From: a virus
Virus record (IMG/VR): IMGVR_UViG_3300042398_000969
Coordinates: 32,001 to 96,000 of that record
Direction: 5' to 3' (one strand)
Length of the DNA stretch: 64,000 bases
Part shown: positions 39,569-48,119 of the stretch, piece after piece
How positions within the stretch are numbered: position 1 is the first letter of the stretch
How the letters are laid out: each line of letters begins with the position of its first letter
Made by a program: the position numbers and the translations under genes
Notes under the pieces: model-generated
Told to the model about the DNA's origin: nothing
Databases searched by the model: none
The model's input: the letters and a program-made list of their open reading frames with translations, nothing else

Positions 39569-40270
39569 TTAATTATTCCCTGTGGTACCTAATCTACCAT
39601 GAAGAATATATACTAAATCTATTATTCTTAACCGACTACGTTCATCGGTATTTCCGCCTAAATTTATTATTCTAAGTGTATCTGTACTTCCAAATAAACC
39701 ATTAAAATGGTTAGATAAACAATACCAACCACCATAAGCACCACCAGCATAAAATTGACCACTAACTCTAAAGTTTGCAAATGTATTAAGGCTATTATTC
39801 CCGTCTAATGTTCTAGGTTCACTATAGTTTGGTGAAGGGTCATTAGTTGTTTGAAATTGGTGATATGCACCGGCTTGAGTGCTTAACATCGCAACGTGTG
39901 TGTATGAATAATTATAACCAGGGTGTGGGCTATCTCCAACACCTAATTGTGCCCATAAAGATGCTTTACCAATATCACCTATAGCCGTTCCGGAGTTATT
40001 TCTTCTTCCATAATTTGTATCATGTAAATTATTATACCAAGTACTATGATGTGGAAACATTGGTATTGTTAAATCAATATATGCATTACCTCCAGCCGCA
40101 GCTCCTGGTGCATAATCACCAGCTGAGGTAAATAATTTTGTATCAGCTGTTGAATTATTATATCTTGGATTTAATGTTATAGTACCAACAGTTGTTGATG
40201 CATGTTGCACAATTGGTATTTGTATTTGCATGTATTGTATTGGTAAATTCGCACTTGATAATATTGCCAT
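39569..40270 (-). CDS. Hypothetical virion/appendage protein
   Basis: Gly/Asn/aromatic-rich ORF within the fibre array. Confidence 0.55.
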   Translation of the reverse strand: MAILSSANLPIQYMQIQIPIVQHASTTVGTITLNPRYNNSTADTKLFTSAGDYAPGAAAGGNAYIDLTIPMFPHHSTWYNNLHDTNYGRRNNSGTAIGDIGKASLWAQLGVGDSPHPGYNYSYTHVAMLSTQAGAYHQFQTTNDPSPNYSEPRTLDGNNSLNTFANFRVSGQFYAGGAYGGWYCLSNHFNGLFGSTDTLRIINLGGNTDERSRLRIIDLVYILHGRLGTTGNN

Positions 40271-40271
40271 T

Positions 40272-42683
40272 TTATTCTATTATTTTTTCTAATTTTATTT
40301 TAAATTTCTCCCCACTTCTATTGTTTAACATATAGATATCATTCTCACCTTCTTGTAACGTCCAATCACCCCATGTTCCATCAACAACGTTTTGTTTTCC
40401 TTCGTTTGATAGGTGTAAGTCAGTTGTGTATACGTGGTTCCATCTTAGTGATGTGGAACCTAAATTGTGTGTTGCGTCACTAACTGGAAGTATTGCACCT
40501 CTTACATTAACTTCGCCGCTAGATTTTATTATAAATCTATCCGCGTATGCCCCACTACTATAACTTCTAAAATAAAATCCATCGGTTCCCGCACTATCCA
40601 TTCCGAATTGTGTTTTACCAGATGAGTATGATATTGAAAATGAAGATACTCCTGGTTCTGTTATTGAAATTGGGCCATATGTGGTAAATCCACCACCAAT
40701 AGGTGTTCTCCACCTCTCAATCCAAGATGTTCCGTTATGATTCCAATATGATAATTCACCACCGCTACTATTAAAATCAAAACTACCTTTATATGTTCCA
40801 CCAGTATCAAATCCCAAACTTGCCAATGTTGATGAACTTGGTCTTGAACCAATTACAATTGACCTATCATTTAAATCGGACGTTCCGATTGTATTTGGTT
40901 TTACTTGTAATGTACCGGCACCACTTACACTTAATCTTTCTGCAAACGCACCACCAGATGCTTGTGTAAAAAATGATAAACCAATTGCATCGGTACCATT
41001 TTTAGATGCTTGAATTTTAACGGTTCCCGAATCGTATAAAAATCTACCCCAACCGTTATCACCATCTCCACTTGCAATTGTTCCTGAAACTTGTAATGCA
41101 ACTGTTGGTGTTAGATATCCCACACCAACTTTCCCATCTCTTAGAACAGAGAATCTACTTGTGTATGCACTACCGTTATAATATCTTAAATTAAGTATTC
41201 TATCTAAATCATTTGCCCCTTGTATATCAACAATCAAACCAATATCTTGGTTTCCATTACCTCCAGCGGTTGTTTGTCTAACTATTAAAGAAGTTCCATT
41301 TGTTGCAAATGGTTTGTTAAAATATCCAGATTGTGCTGTTAGTGATAAATTAAATGTGACATCACCGGCTGGCGTTATTTGATATGAATATACCTCATTT
41401 GTGTTATTATAAAGACCAAAATTACCATTATTTAAACTATATAGGTGCCAATCTCTACCTGTTGTACTTGTTGTATTGTTTATTCTAACACTTGCGGATG
41501 TACCAGTACCTACCGATGTTACAGACCCACTAACAATTTGATTATTTGTAAAAGTGTTTGAACCAGTTGTTGCCAACCGAGCTATATTTGTTGTTGACAT
41601 CACATCAACTTGAACACTACCAGATACAACCGATATACCATTAAAGAATGATCCAGAATGGATTGTTGTTCCGTTTAGCACTTGTGAACTTCCTGATACA
41701 ACTCCACTCGGTAAATTGGCAATTGTTTGTGCTGAGCTAGATACCAATCCCGAAGGTAACTGAGCACTACCACTAACAATACCACTTGGTACCCCACTTA
41801 ATCCACTATATGTGATTTGAGACGATCCTGAGACCAATCCTGAACCAGGAACACTAATACTTCCACTAACGGTTAAGCTCCCTGTAAATGAATGTGTGTC
41901 ACCTAATTCGTCACCAAATTTTGTACTACCACTTCTATATAAAATCGAACTACTAATATATGTTGTTCTTAATTCTTGTGTTTCAATAAATCCAGTCACA
42001 ACTAATGAACCAGTCATTGTTACACTATTACCAAACTGAATAGCATTACCATCAGATGATAATACCTTGTTACCCGCATAAATTGTTGTTGTACCTTTAA
42101 GTGCAATAACACCTGTTGTTGGGTCTAATATAACATCACCACCGCCCGACGTTGCAAGTGTAATGTTTCCGTCGGCTGCTTGTAATGTAATTGTATCTGA
42201 ACCAGCTTCTAATATTTTAAATGATTGTCCAGCATCTGTTGTTATTTGAAGTTCCTGTGTTGTACTTCCTAATACCTTTGTTCCATCGATATATAATGAT
42301 GCAGATGATAAATATAAGTGTCTAAATTCATGTGTTGACGAACCTAAATCATAGGTACCATTAACAGCCGGTACAATTGAACCAGATATTGTTTGGTTAC
42401 CAACAAACACATTAGAACTAGTGGTTGCCATCATCCCTTTTATTGAAGATGAGACGTCGTTCATTGATGTCATCATTGATGACGATAAACTACCTATACT
42501 TGAGGTCAATGACGAAGATAAACTTGTCATAGATGACGCCATTGATGATGATAGTTGACCAATACTTGCCGATACGGAAGATGATACACTTGTAACCGTA
42601 GATGCTACGGATGACGATATTGATGTAATGTTTTCCCCACCACTTTGGAGAGAACCTGTAACTAAGAGATTATGGACTTTCAT
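40272..42683 (-). CDS. Tail fibre-like protein
   Basis: Shared ~270-aa fibre cassette; C-terminal YTTDLHLSNEGK...DGTWGDWTLQEG domain as in 35035..39135. Confidence 0.8.
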   Translation of the reverse strand: MKVHNLLVTGSLQSGGENITSISSSVASTVTSVSSSVSASIGQLSSSMASSMTSLSSSLTSSIGSLSSSMMTSMNDVSSSIKGMMATTSSNVFVGNQTISGSIVPAVNGTYDLGSSTHEFRHLYLSSASLYIDGTKVLGSTTQELQITTDAGQSFKILEAGSDTITLQAADGNITLATSGGGDVILDPTTGVIALKGTTTIYAGNKVLSSDGNAIQFGNSVTMTGSLVVTGFIETQELRTTYISSSILYRSGSTKFGDELGDTHSFTGSLTVSGSISVPGSGLVSGSSQITYSGLSGVPSGIVSGSAQLPSGLVSSSAQTIANLPSGVVSGSSQVLNGTTIHSGSFFNGISVVSGSVQVDVMSTTNIARLATTGSNTFTNNQIVSGSVTSVGTGTSASVRINNTTSTTGRDWHLYSLNNGNFGLYNNTNEVYSYQITPAGDVTFNLSLTAQSGYFNKPFATNGTSLIVRQTTAGGNGNQDIGLIVDIQGANDLDRILNLRYYNGSAYTSRFSVLRDGKVGVGYLTPTVALQVSGTIASGDGDNGWGRFLYDSGTVKIQASKNGTDAIGLSFFTQASGGAFAERLSVSGAGTLQVKPNTIGTSDLNDRSIVIGSRPSSSTLASLGFDTGGTYKGSFDFNSSGGELSYWNHNGTSWIERWRTPIGGGFTTYGPISITEPGVSSFSISYSSGKTQFGMDSAGTDGFYFRSYSSGAYADRFIIKSSGEVNVRGAILPVSDATHNLGSTSLRWNHVYTTDLHLSNEGKQNVVDGTWGDWTLQEGENDIYMLNNRSGEKFKIKLEKIIE

Positions 42684-42710
42684 ATGTAAATAAATAGTCC
42701 GATTGACCGA

Positions 42711-42917
42711 TTAGATCTCAACAATTCTGTAAACTCTACCAGACGGATCTGCAGTTTCTAATTCAACCTTTTTGGTTTCAGCCTCTTCTAATGTATCAAA
42801 CTCATCCACAGAATCTTCTGCGTTTAATTTTGATACCCATATTTGTCTTTTTGCCCAATCTGGATCACCATTGTTGGTGTCTACCGGAACGAATTGTTTT
42901 TGTATTCTATATGCCAT
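42711..42917 (-). CDS. Small hypothetical protein
   Basis: 68-aa ORF preceded by a TATTTAT motif. Confidence 0.6.
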   Translation of the reverse strand: MAYRIQKQFVPVDTNNGDPDWAKRQIWVSKLNAEDSVDEFDTLEEAETKKVELETADPSGRVYRIVEI

Positions 42918-42931
42918 ATTAATAAATAGTT

Positions 42932-43300
42932 TTATTCTTCAGTATATTCTACCCAAGATTGTTCATCTTCATTCCACGTATAAACTTTACCATCAGATGG
43001 TCTTTCTATTGGTGCTTCCCATAAACAAGTTTCTTCATTTAACACCCAAGAAGAGAATGGTTTTGATGGTAAAAATGCGTCTCTAATTTCATCATACGTA
43101 TCATCTAAACCAGCATATCTTTTTCTAAAATTTGAATTGTATGATGTTTGTTTCCACGTTCCAGTTAACCCAATTGAACTTATAAAATTTTGTCCAACGA
43201 TTTCACTTTCAGGAAATTCTAAATCTCCACAATCCTCGTTTGTAATTACAATAACTTGTTTAACTATATTGTTTTCATCTATTTGTGCAAAATGTGCCAT
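42932..43300 (-). CDS. Small phage protein (MAHFAQ...WKQTSYN type) accompanying a Gly-rich fibre
   Basis: MAHFAQID, WKQTSYN, FRKRYAG, PFSSW, WEAP, YTWNE. Confidence 0.65.
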   Translation of the reverse strand: MAHFAQIDENNIVKQVIVITNEDCGDLEFPESEIVGQNFISSIGLTGTWKQTSYNSNFRKRYAGLDDTYDEIRDAFLPSKPFSSWVLNEETCLWEAPIERPSDGKVYTWNEDEQSWVEYTEE

Positions 43301-43313
43301 ATTTTTTTAATAT

Positions 43314-45803
43314 TTAAATTCCGTATTTATTTTTATATGAGTTATAATTTTGTAGAACTTCAGTAGAAGTTAAAATTCGATTATATAATTTAAAAACACC
43401 CATATTACCTTTGAAAAAATCTAAATTCCAGTTCTGCCCTGAATTTGTATTAAAACTTTTTCCGATATCAATAATATTAGATCCAATATACGTACCCGCA
43501 GATGACCATTGTGCATATGTTGCCACATCAAAATTTGCAGTAGCTGATAATACACCATTTAAATAGATTTCCATCAAACCTGTTGTTGTGTTTTTATTGA
43601 AAATAACATGATGATATTGATTTAAAGTAATTGTTGACGTTGTCTGTGCAACAACATAAACTTGTGATGCGGCGATAACCGACGCCCATATTTGATTGTT
43701 TTCACGAATATATAACCAACCAATAGTACCGTTGCTATAACCACCGTTATGTCTATAACCACCCAAACTCATTCTTGTATTGTTTGTTGTTGGTTTAAAA
43801 ATAACCTCAATTGCACTACTACTTAAATGACTATGACTTGTTGGTATACCTAAAATTTGATCATTAACCCCATCGAATAACATTGTACCACCATTTTCAG
43901 GACTATAAGCAATATCACCCGTTAATACCGCATGACTTCCGTATCCGCTTATATCATTCCAACCAGCTCTTGTTGTGTCTGTTGGTGTAAATGTTCCGCT
44001 TGATGTAAATGTATGAACTGTATACCCATTAACTGTTGATATTGTTCCTCCGGTTGCCTTTGGAGCACCGAAGTATCTTACACATACTATACCCGAACCA
44101 CCATTTCCTGAACCACCACCAGCACCGCCTGTTGTTCCTCCACCTATTCCACCAGGCGAACTTGATCCACCACCACCACCGCCAGAAAACCAACCACTCG
44201 CGTTAAAGTTTGTACCAAATTTATCACCATAATATAATCCATTACCACCTCTACCACTCACACTTCCACTTTGGCTATCTTGACCAATACCACCGGCACC
44301 ACCACCACCTGCACCGGGATAATTTGGTTCGGTGTAATTTCTAGCTCTTCCTCCAGCATTTCCTTGCCCACTTGTTCCCGCTCCACCATTTCCTGCGGAA
44401 CCATCCGGACCATCACCACCTCCACCTGAACCACCAGGTAATCGGTTTACTCCACTAACGTTACCACCATCACCCGTATAACTTGCACCACCACCGCCAC
44501 CTGATGCGGTAACACCAAAAGCAGAACTATCAGTTCCTCTATTTCCACTTGCATTTGTTACTGATGTACCACCAGCACCAACCACTATTGTTGAAGCACT
44601 TTGTGTTTGATTTATATTTAAAGTTGTTGTACCATATACTAATCCACCGGCACCACCACCTCCACCAGATCCACCAGGTCCGTGATTTCCACAACCACCA
44701 GCACCTCCGCCAGTATTTGCAGTTCCATCTGGAGATTTTGTACTACCACCACCACCTGCACCACCACCAGCAACTATGAGATACTCAACAGTTAATGTTT
44801 GTGTAAATCTAGTTGGGTAACTCACATCATTTGACGCGTCTAAGTTTAATACAACACCATCTGTTACATTTATATTTTCATTGATTGATGATTGATTTTT
44901 AGTATAACGTATAATAATAATACCCGAACCTCCGGCACCACTACTTCTAGCAGTTGAACCTCCATTGGCTTCAGTACCTCCACCTCCACCACCTCTATTT
45001 GCTGTTCCACTAGTGGCAGTTGCACCACCATGTATTCCACCCTTTCCACCACCACCTAAACCGCCATTACCACTATCTCCTCCATATGATACTGAGTTTC
45101 CGCCACCGCCACCACCACCATAATATGTGATAGTTCCAGATATAATACTTTGCATTCCATTTCCACCAGAACCAGATCCACCGCTTTGTGGTCCAATACC
45201 AGCAATACCGATACCACTAGCGCCGCCACCTCCCGATACAAAATCACCACTACCTCCGTTAGACCCTTGTCCTCTTGTTCCTAACGCTAACGTTGGTCTT
45301 TGGTTACTACCTCCACCGCCAGATCCACCAGCATTACCTCGTCTTCTGTCTGGTATGGTACCGCCGTAAGGTGAACTTAAATCATCACCACCTCCACCGC
45401 CACCACCGATTGCGGTTAATCCTAATGCAGTTGTATTTGAACCATTATTACCCGCAAGTCCTGTTGAACCTTGAGCACCACCACCACCACCAATTGTGAT
45501 ATTGTATGATTGTTTGTTTAATGTCATCATTCCGGTCAATACACCACCCGCACCACCTCCGGCGCCAGGTGTACCACTATTACCAAAACAGTTTCCACCG
45601 CTACCTCCACCAGCAACAATTAGATATTCAACCATTAAAGTTGGATCAATAACTGTGAATTGTCCGCTACCGGTAAATGTATGTATTCTGTAATTGCCAG
45701 ATTCTGTTATAGTCCCACCAACAGCTCTAATACCTTGAGCCCTTAATAAAGATTCAGAATCGAATCCATTTAACCCTCTTTGTTGTGATGATTTTATTGC
45801 CAT
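43314..45803 (-). CDS. Glycine-rich virion protein with C-terminal ConA/LamG domain
   Basis: Two YLIVAGGG...HTFT Gly-rich modules; LNLDA...FDGVND...IYLNG...YNRILTSTEVLQNY. Confidence 0.8.
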   Translation of the reverse strand: MAIKSSQQRGLNGFDSESLLRAQGIRAVGGTITESGNYRIHTFTGSGQFTVIDPTLMVEYLIVAGGGSGGNCFGNSGTPGAGGGAGGVLTGMMTLNKQSYNITIGGGGGAQGSTGLAGNNGSNTTALGLTAIGGGGGGGDDLSSPYGGTIPDRRRGNAGGSGGGGSNQRPTLALGTRGQGSNGGSGDFVSGGGGASGIGIAGIGPQSGGSGSGGNGMQSIISGTITYYGGGGGGGNSVSYGGDSGNGGLGGGGKGGIHGGATATSGTANRGGGGGGTEANGGSTARSSGAGGSGIIIIRYTKNQSSINENINVTDGVVLNLDASNDVSYPTRFTQTLTVEYLIVAGGGAGGGGSTKSPDGTANTGGGAGGCGNHGPGGSGGGGGAGGLVYGTTTLNINQTQSASTIVVGAGGTSVTNASGNRGTDSSAFGVTASGGGGGASYTGDGGNVSGVNRLPGGSGGGGDGPDGSAGNGGAGTSGQGNAGGRARNYTEPNYPGAGGGGAGGIGQDSQSGSVSGRGGNGLYYGDKFGTNFNASGWFSGGGGGGSSSPGGIGGGTTGGAGGGSGNGGSGIVCVRYFGAPKATGGTISTVNGYTVHTFTSSGTFTPTDTTRAGWNDISGYGSHAVLTGDIAYSPENGGTMLFDGVNDQILGIPTSHSHLSSSAIEVIFKPTTNNTRMSLGGYRHNGGYSNGTIGWLYIRENNQIWASVIAASQVYVVAQTTSTITLNQYHHVIFNKNTTTGLMEIYLNGVLSATANFDVATYAQWSSAGTYIGSNIIDIGKSFNTNSGQNWNLDFFKGNMGVFKLYNRILTSTEVLQNYNSYKNKYGI

Positions 45804-45806
45804 ATA

Positions 45807-46136
45807 TTATGTTAATTCTGAACCAAATGCGTTAAAACTCATATTTGCAGAACTTGCATATATGGTTACCACATCTGTTGTTGCTAAAGTTATTCCTAGT
45901 GTGAACGTTACCGTGTCATTTGCTGCAATTGCTGAATCATAAACAATATAATGTTGATTCGCAAGTGATGCACCTGATGGCCGAACTGCGATTCTAAATG
46001 TTCCCGCAGAACTATCTCTGTTACATACTGTTAATGTTGACACTATAGTTGAAGTACTTGAGGGTACTGTGTACAGTGTTGTTGCTGTTGTTGCTGAAGG
46101 TGCTGATTGACCTAATACTTTATAAGTTGCTGGCAT
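45807..46136 (-). CDS. Small beta-rich virion protein
   Basis: MPATYKVLGQSAP...LYTVP...SFNAFGSE, a pattern typical of small phage tail-associated proteins. Confidence 0.6.
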   Translation of the reverse strand: MPATYKVLGQSAPSATTATTLYTVPSSTSTIVSTLTVCNRDSSAGTFRIAVRPSGASLANQHYIVYDSAIAANDTVTFTLGITLATTDVVTIYASSANMSFNAFGSELT

Positions 46137-46148
46137 ATTTTAAATTTT

Positions 46149-47807
46149 TTATGATCCCATTAATAAAAATTGTTGAGCAAATAAATCATTTGGTAATGAT
46201 AATCCGTTTATTGTTCCTGTTGTTGTTAAGTTACCGGTTATTGTTGCGGAACCAGATGTTAATGTTAATGTTAAATTTGAGTCTCCAACAAAAAATCTAA
46301 ATCCAGATGTGTTATCAGCACCATATATTGACCCTCTATTGACACCATCTTTTCTAAAAAATAAATAAGGTTCTCCGGATGTGCTTCTATTAATTACAAT
46401 ACCGTCTGAGTTTACATTAACATTACCTGTTGTTGTTAAGCTACCACTAACTAATGCATTACCATTAACATCTAATGTTGCGTTTGTTGAGTTTTTATTG
46501 ATACCAACTTGACCGCTACCGCTTGCAAAAATTATAACATTACCATTAGCTGCAGTGGCATCATCTTCTCTGAAAATTCTTAACGCATTCCCACTCCAGT
46601 TATCTACGTTATATCTATTAACTGGTCCTCTTAAAATTAATTGTCCACCTTCTGTTCCTAAATTATCAAAAGATGATTCTATTGACCCACTTACCCTAAA
46701 ACTACCACTAACAATTTGATTACCTACAAATGTATTTGAACCTGTTGTTGCAAGTCTTGCAATGTTTGTTGTTGACATAACATCAACTTGCGCACTTCCT
46801 GACACAACACCTGATGGTAATTGAGCACTACCGCTCCATACACCACTTCCATTTAATATTTGTGATGATCCTGAAACTAAATTAGAATCTGGAACACTAA
46901 TCGTTCCACTAACCAATAAACTTCCTGTGAATGAGTGAGTATCACTTAACTCATCTCCGAATTTTGTGCTTCCACTTCTGTAAAGTATAGACGATGAAAT
47001 ATAAGTTGTTCTTAACTCTTGTGTTTCGATAAATCCTGTAACAATTAAACTACCTGTTATAGTTGCACTATTACCAATTTGAATTGCGTTTCCGTCTGAT
47101 GATAATATTTTATTACCGGCATATAATGTAGTTGTTCCTTTAAGTGCAATTACTCCCGTTGTTGGGTCTAATATTACATCACCACCACCACTTGATTTTA
47201 ATTCAATGTTACCATCGGCGGATTGAAGTGTGATATTGTCACTACCAGCTTCTAATATCTTAAATGACTGACCTGTGTCGGTTGTAATTTGTAATTCTTG
47301 TGCGGTACTACCTAAAACTTTTGTTCCATCAATGTATAATGATGCCGATGAAAGGTATAAATCTCTAAATTGGTGTGTAACACTACCTAAATCGTAGGCA
47401 TTGTCAACTGCAGGTATAATTGAACCTGATATTGTTTGATTACCTTTAAATAAATTGGAACCAGTTGTTGCATAACTACCCGACACACCTTCAATAGAAT
47501 TTAATCTTGTTGTTGCACTTGAGGTAAAACTATTTAAACTACCTGTACTTGTTTGTAGTGTTCCGATAACTGTATCGGTTGTTCCACTATATGTGTTAAA
47601 CGAAGATGTTAATAGATAACTCGCAGCGTGTGAAGCTGATAATGCGTTCTGTGTTGTACCACTTAAGGTAAGATTACCCAAGGTTAAACCTGTCATTCCT
47701 GATAGGTCAAGTGTACCTCCTGAAAATGATATATTTGAACCACTTCCTGAGATAAATGATACCACATTACCCGAATTGTCTTTAAATTTAAATGCTCCGT
47801 TTGCCAT
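46149..47807 (-). CDS. Tail fibre-like protein
   Basis: Shared ~270-aa cassette; GQVGINK...LDVNG beta repeats; ends FLLMGS. Confidence 0.8.
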   Translation of the reverse strand: MANGAFKFKDNSGNVVSFISGSGSNISFSGGTLDLSGMTGLTLGNLTLSGTTQNALSASHAASYLLTSSFNTYSGTTDTVIGTLQTSTGSLNSFTSSATTRLNSIEGVSGSYATTGSNLFKGNQTISGSIIPAVDNAYDLGSVTHQFRDLYLSSASLYIDGTKVLGSTAQELQITTDTGQSFKILEAGSDNITLQSADGNIELKSSGGGDVILDPTTGVIALKGTTTLYAGNKILSSDGNAIQIGNSATITGSLIVTGFIETQELRTTYISSSILYRSGSTKFGDELSDTHSFTGSLLVSGTISVPDSNLVSGSSQILNGSGVWSGSAQLPSGVVSGSAQVDVMSTTNIARLATTGSNTFVGNQIVSGSFRVSGSIESSFDNLGTEGGQLILRGPVNRYNVDNWSGNALRIFREDDATAANGNVIIFASGSGQVGINKNSTNATLDVNGNALVSGSLTTTGNVNVNSDGIVINRSTSGEPYLFFRKDGVNRGSIYGADNTSGFRFFVGDSNLTLTLTSGSATITGNLTTTGTINGLSLPNDLFAQQFLLMGS

Positions 47808-47829
47808 TAGTTATAAATAGTTTTAAAAA

Positions 47830-48096
47830 TTATTGTTCAGAAGATAATTCCTCGTCAGTTTTTTGTTTTGCTGTCTTTACCCATCCATATTCATATGCGC
47901 CGGCAATAATTTCTTCCTTAGTTGGTGGCACTTGTATATTATTCTCCAAATACTTATCAACTGCAATTCTATATAAATCTTCAATAGCAATACCTGCTCT
48001 GTGATGAGCAACATTTTCTATCCAAGACTTAACGTCATATGCAACATATTCCATTGCTAGTTTTTCCGTTTCACTTAATGTTATTGTATAATTCAT
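47830..48096 (-). CDS. Small protein, possible fibre assembly chaperone
   Basis: Paralog of 34126..34410; follows the C1q-tipped fibre. Confidence 0.55.
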   Translation of the reverse strand: MNYTITLSETEKLAMEYVAYDVKSWIENVAHHRAGIAIEDLYRIAVDKYLENNIQVPPTKEEIIAGAYEYGWVKTAKQKTDEELSSEQ

Positions 48097-48119
48097 ATTT
48101 ATAATTTTTATTTTTATTT

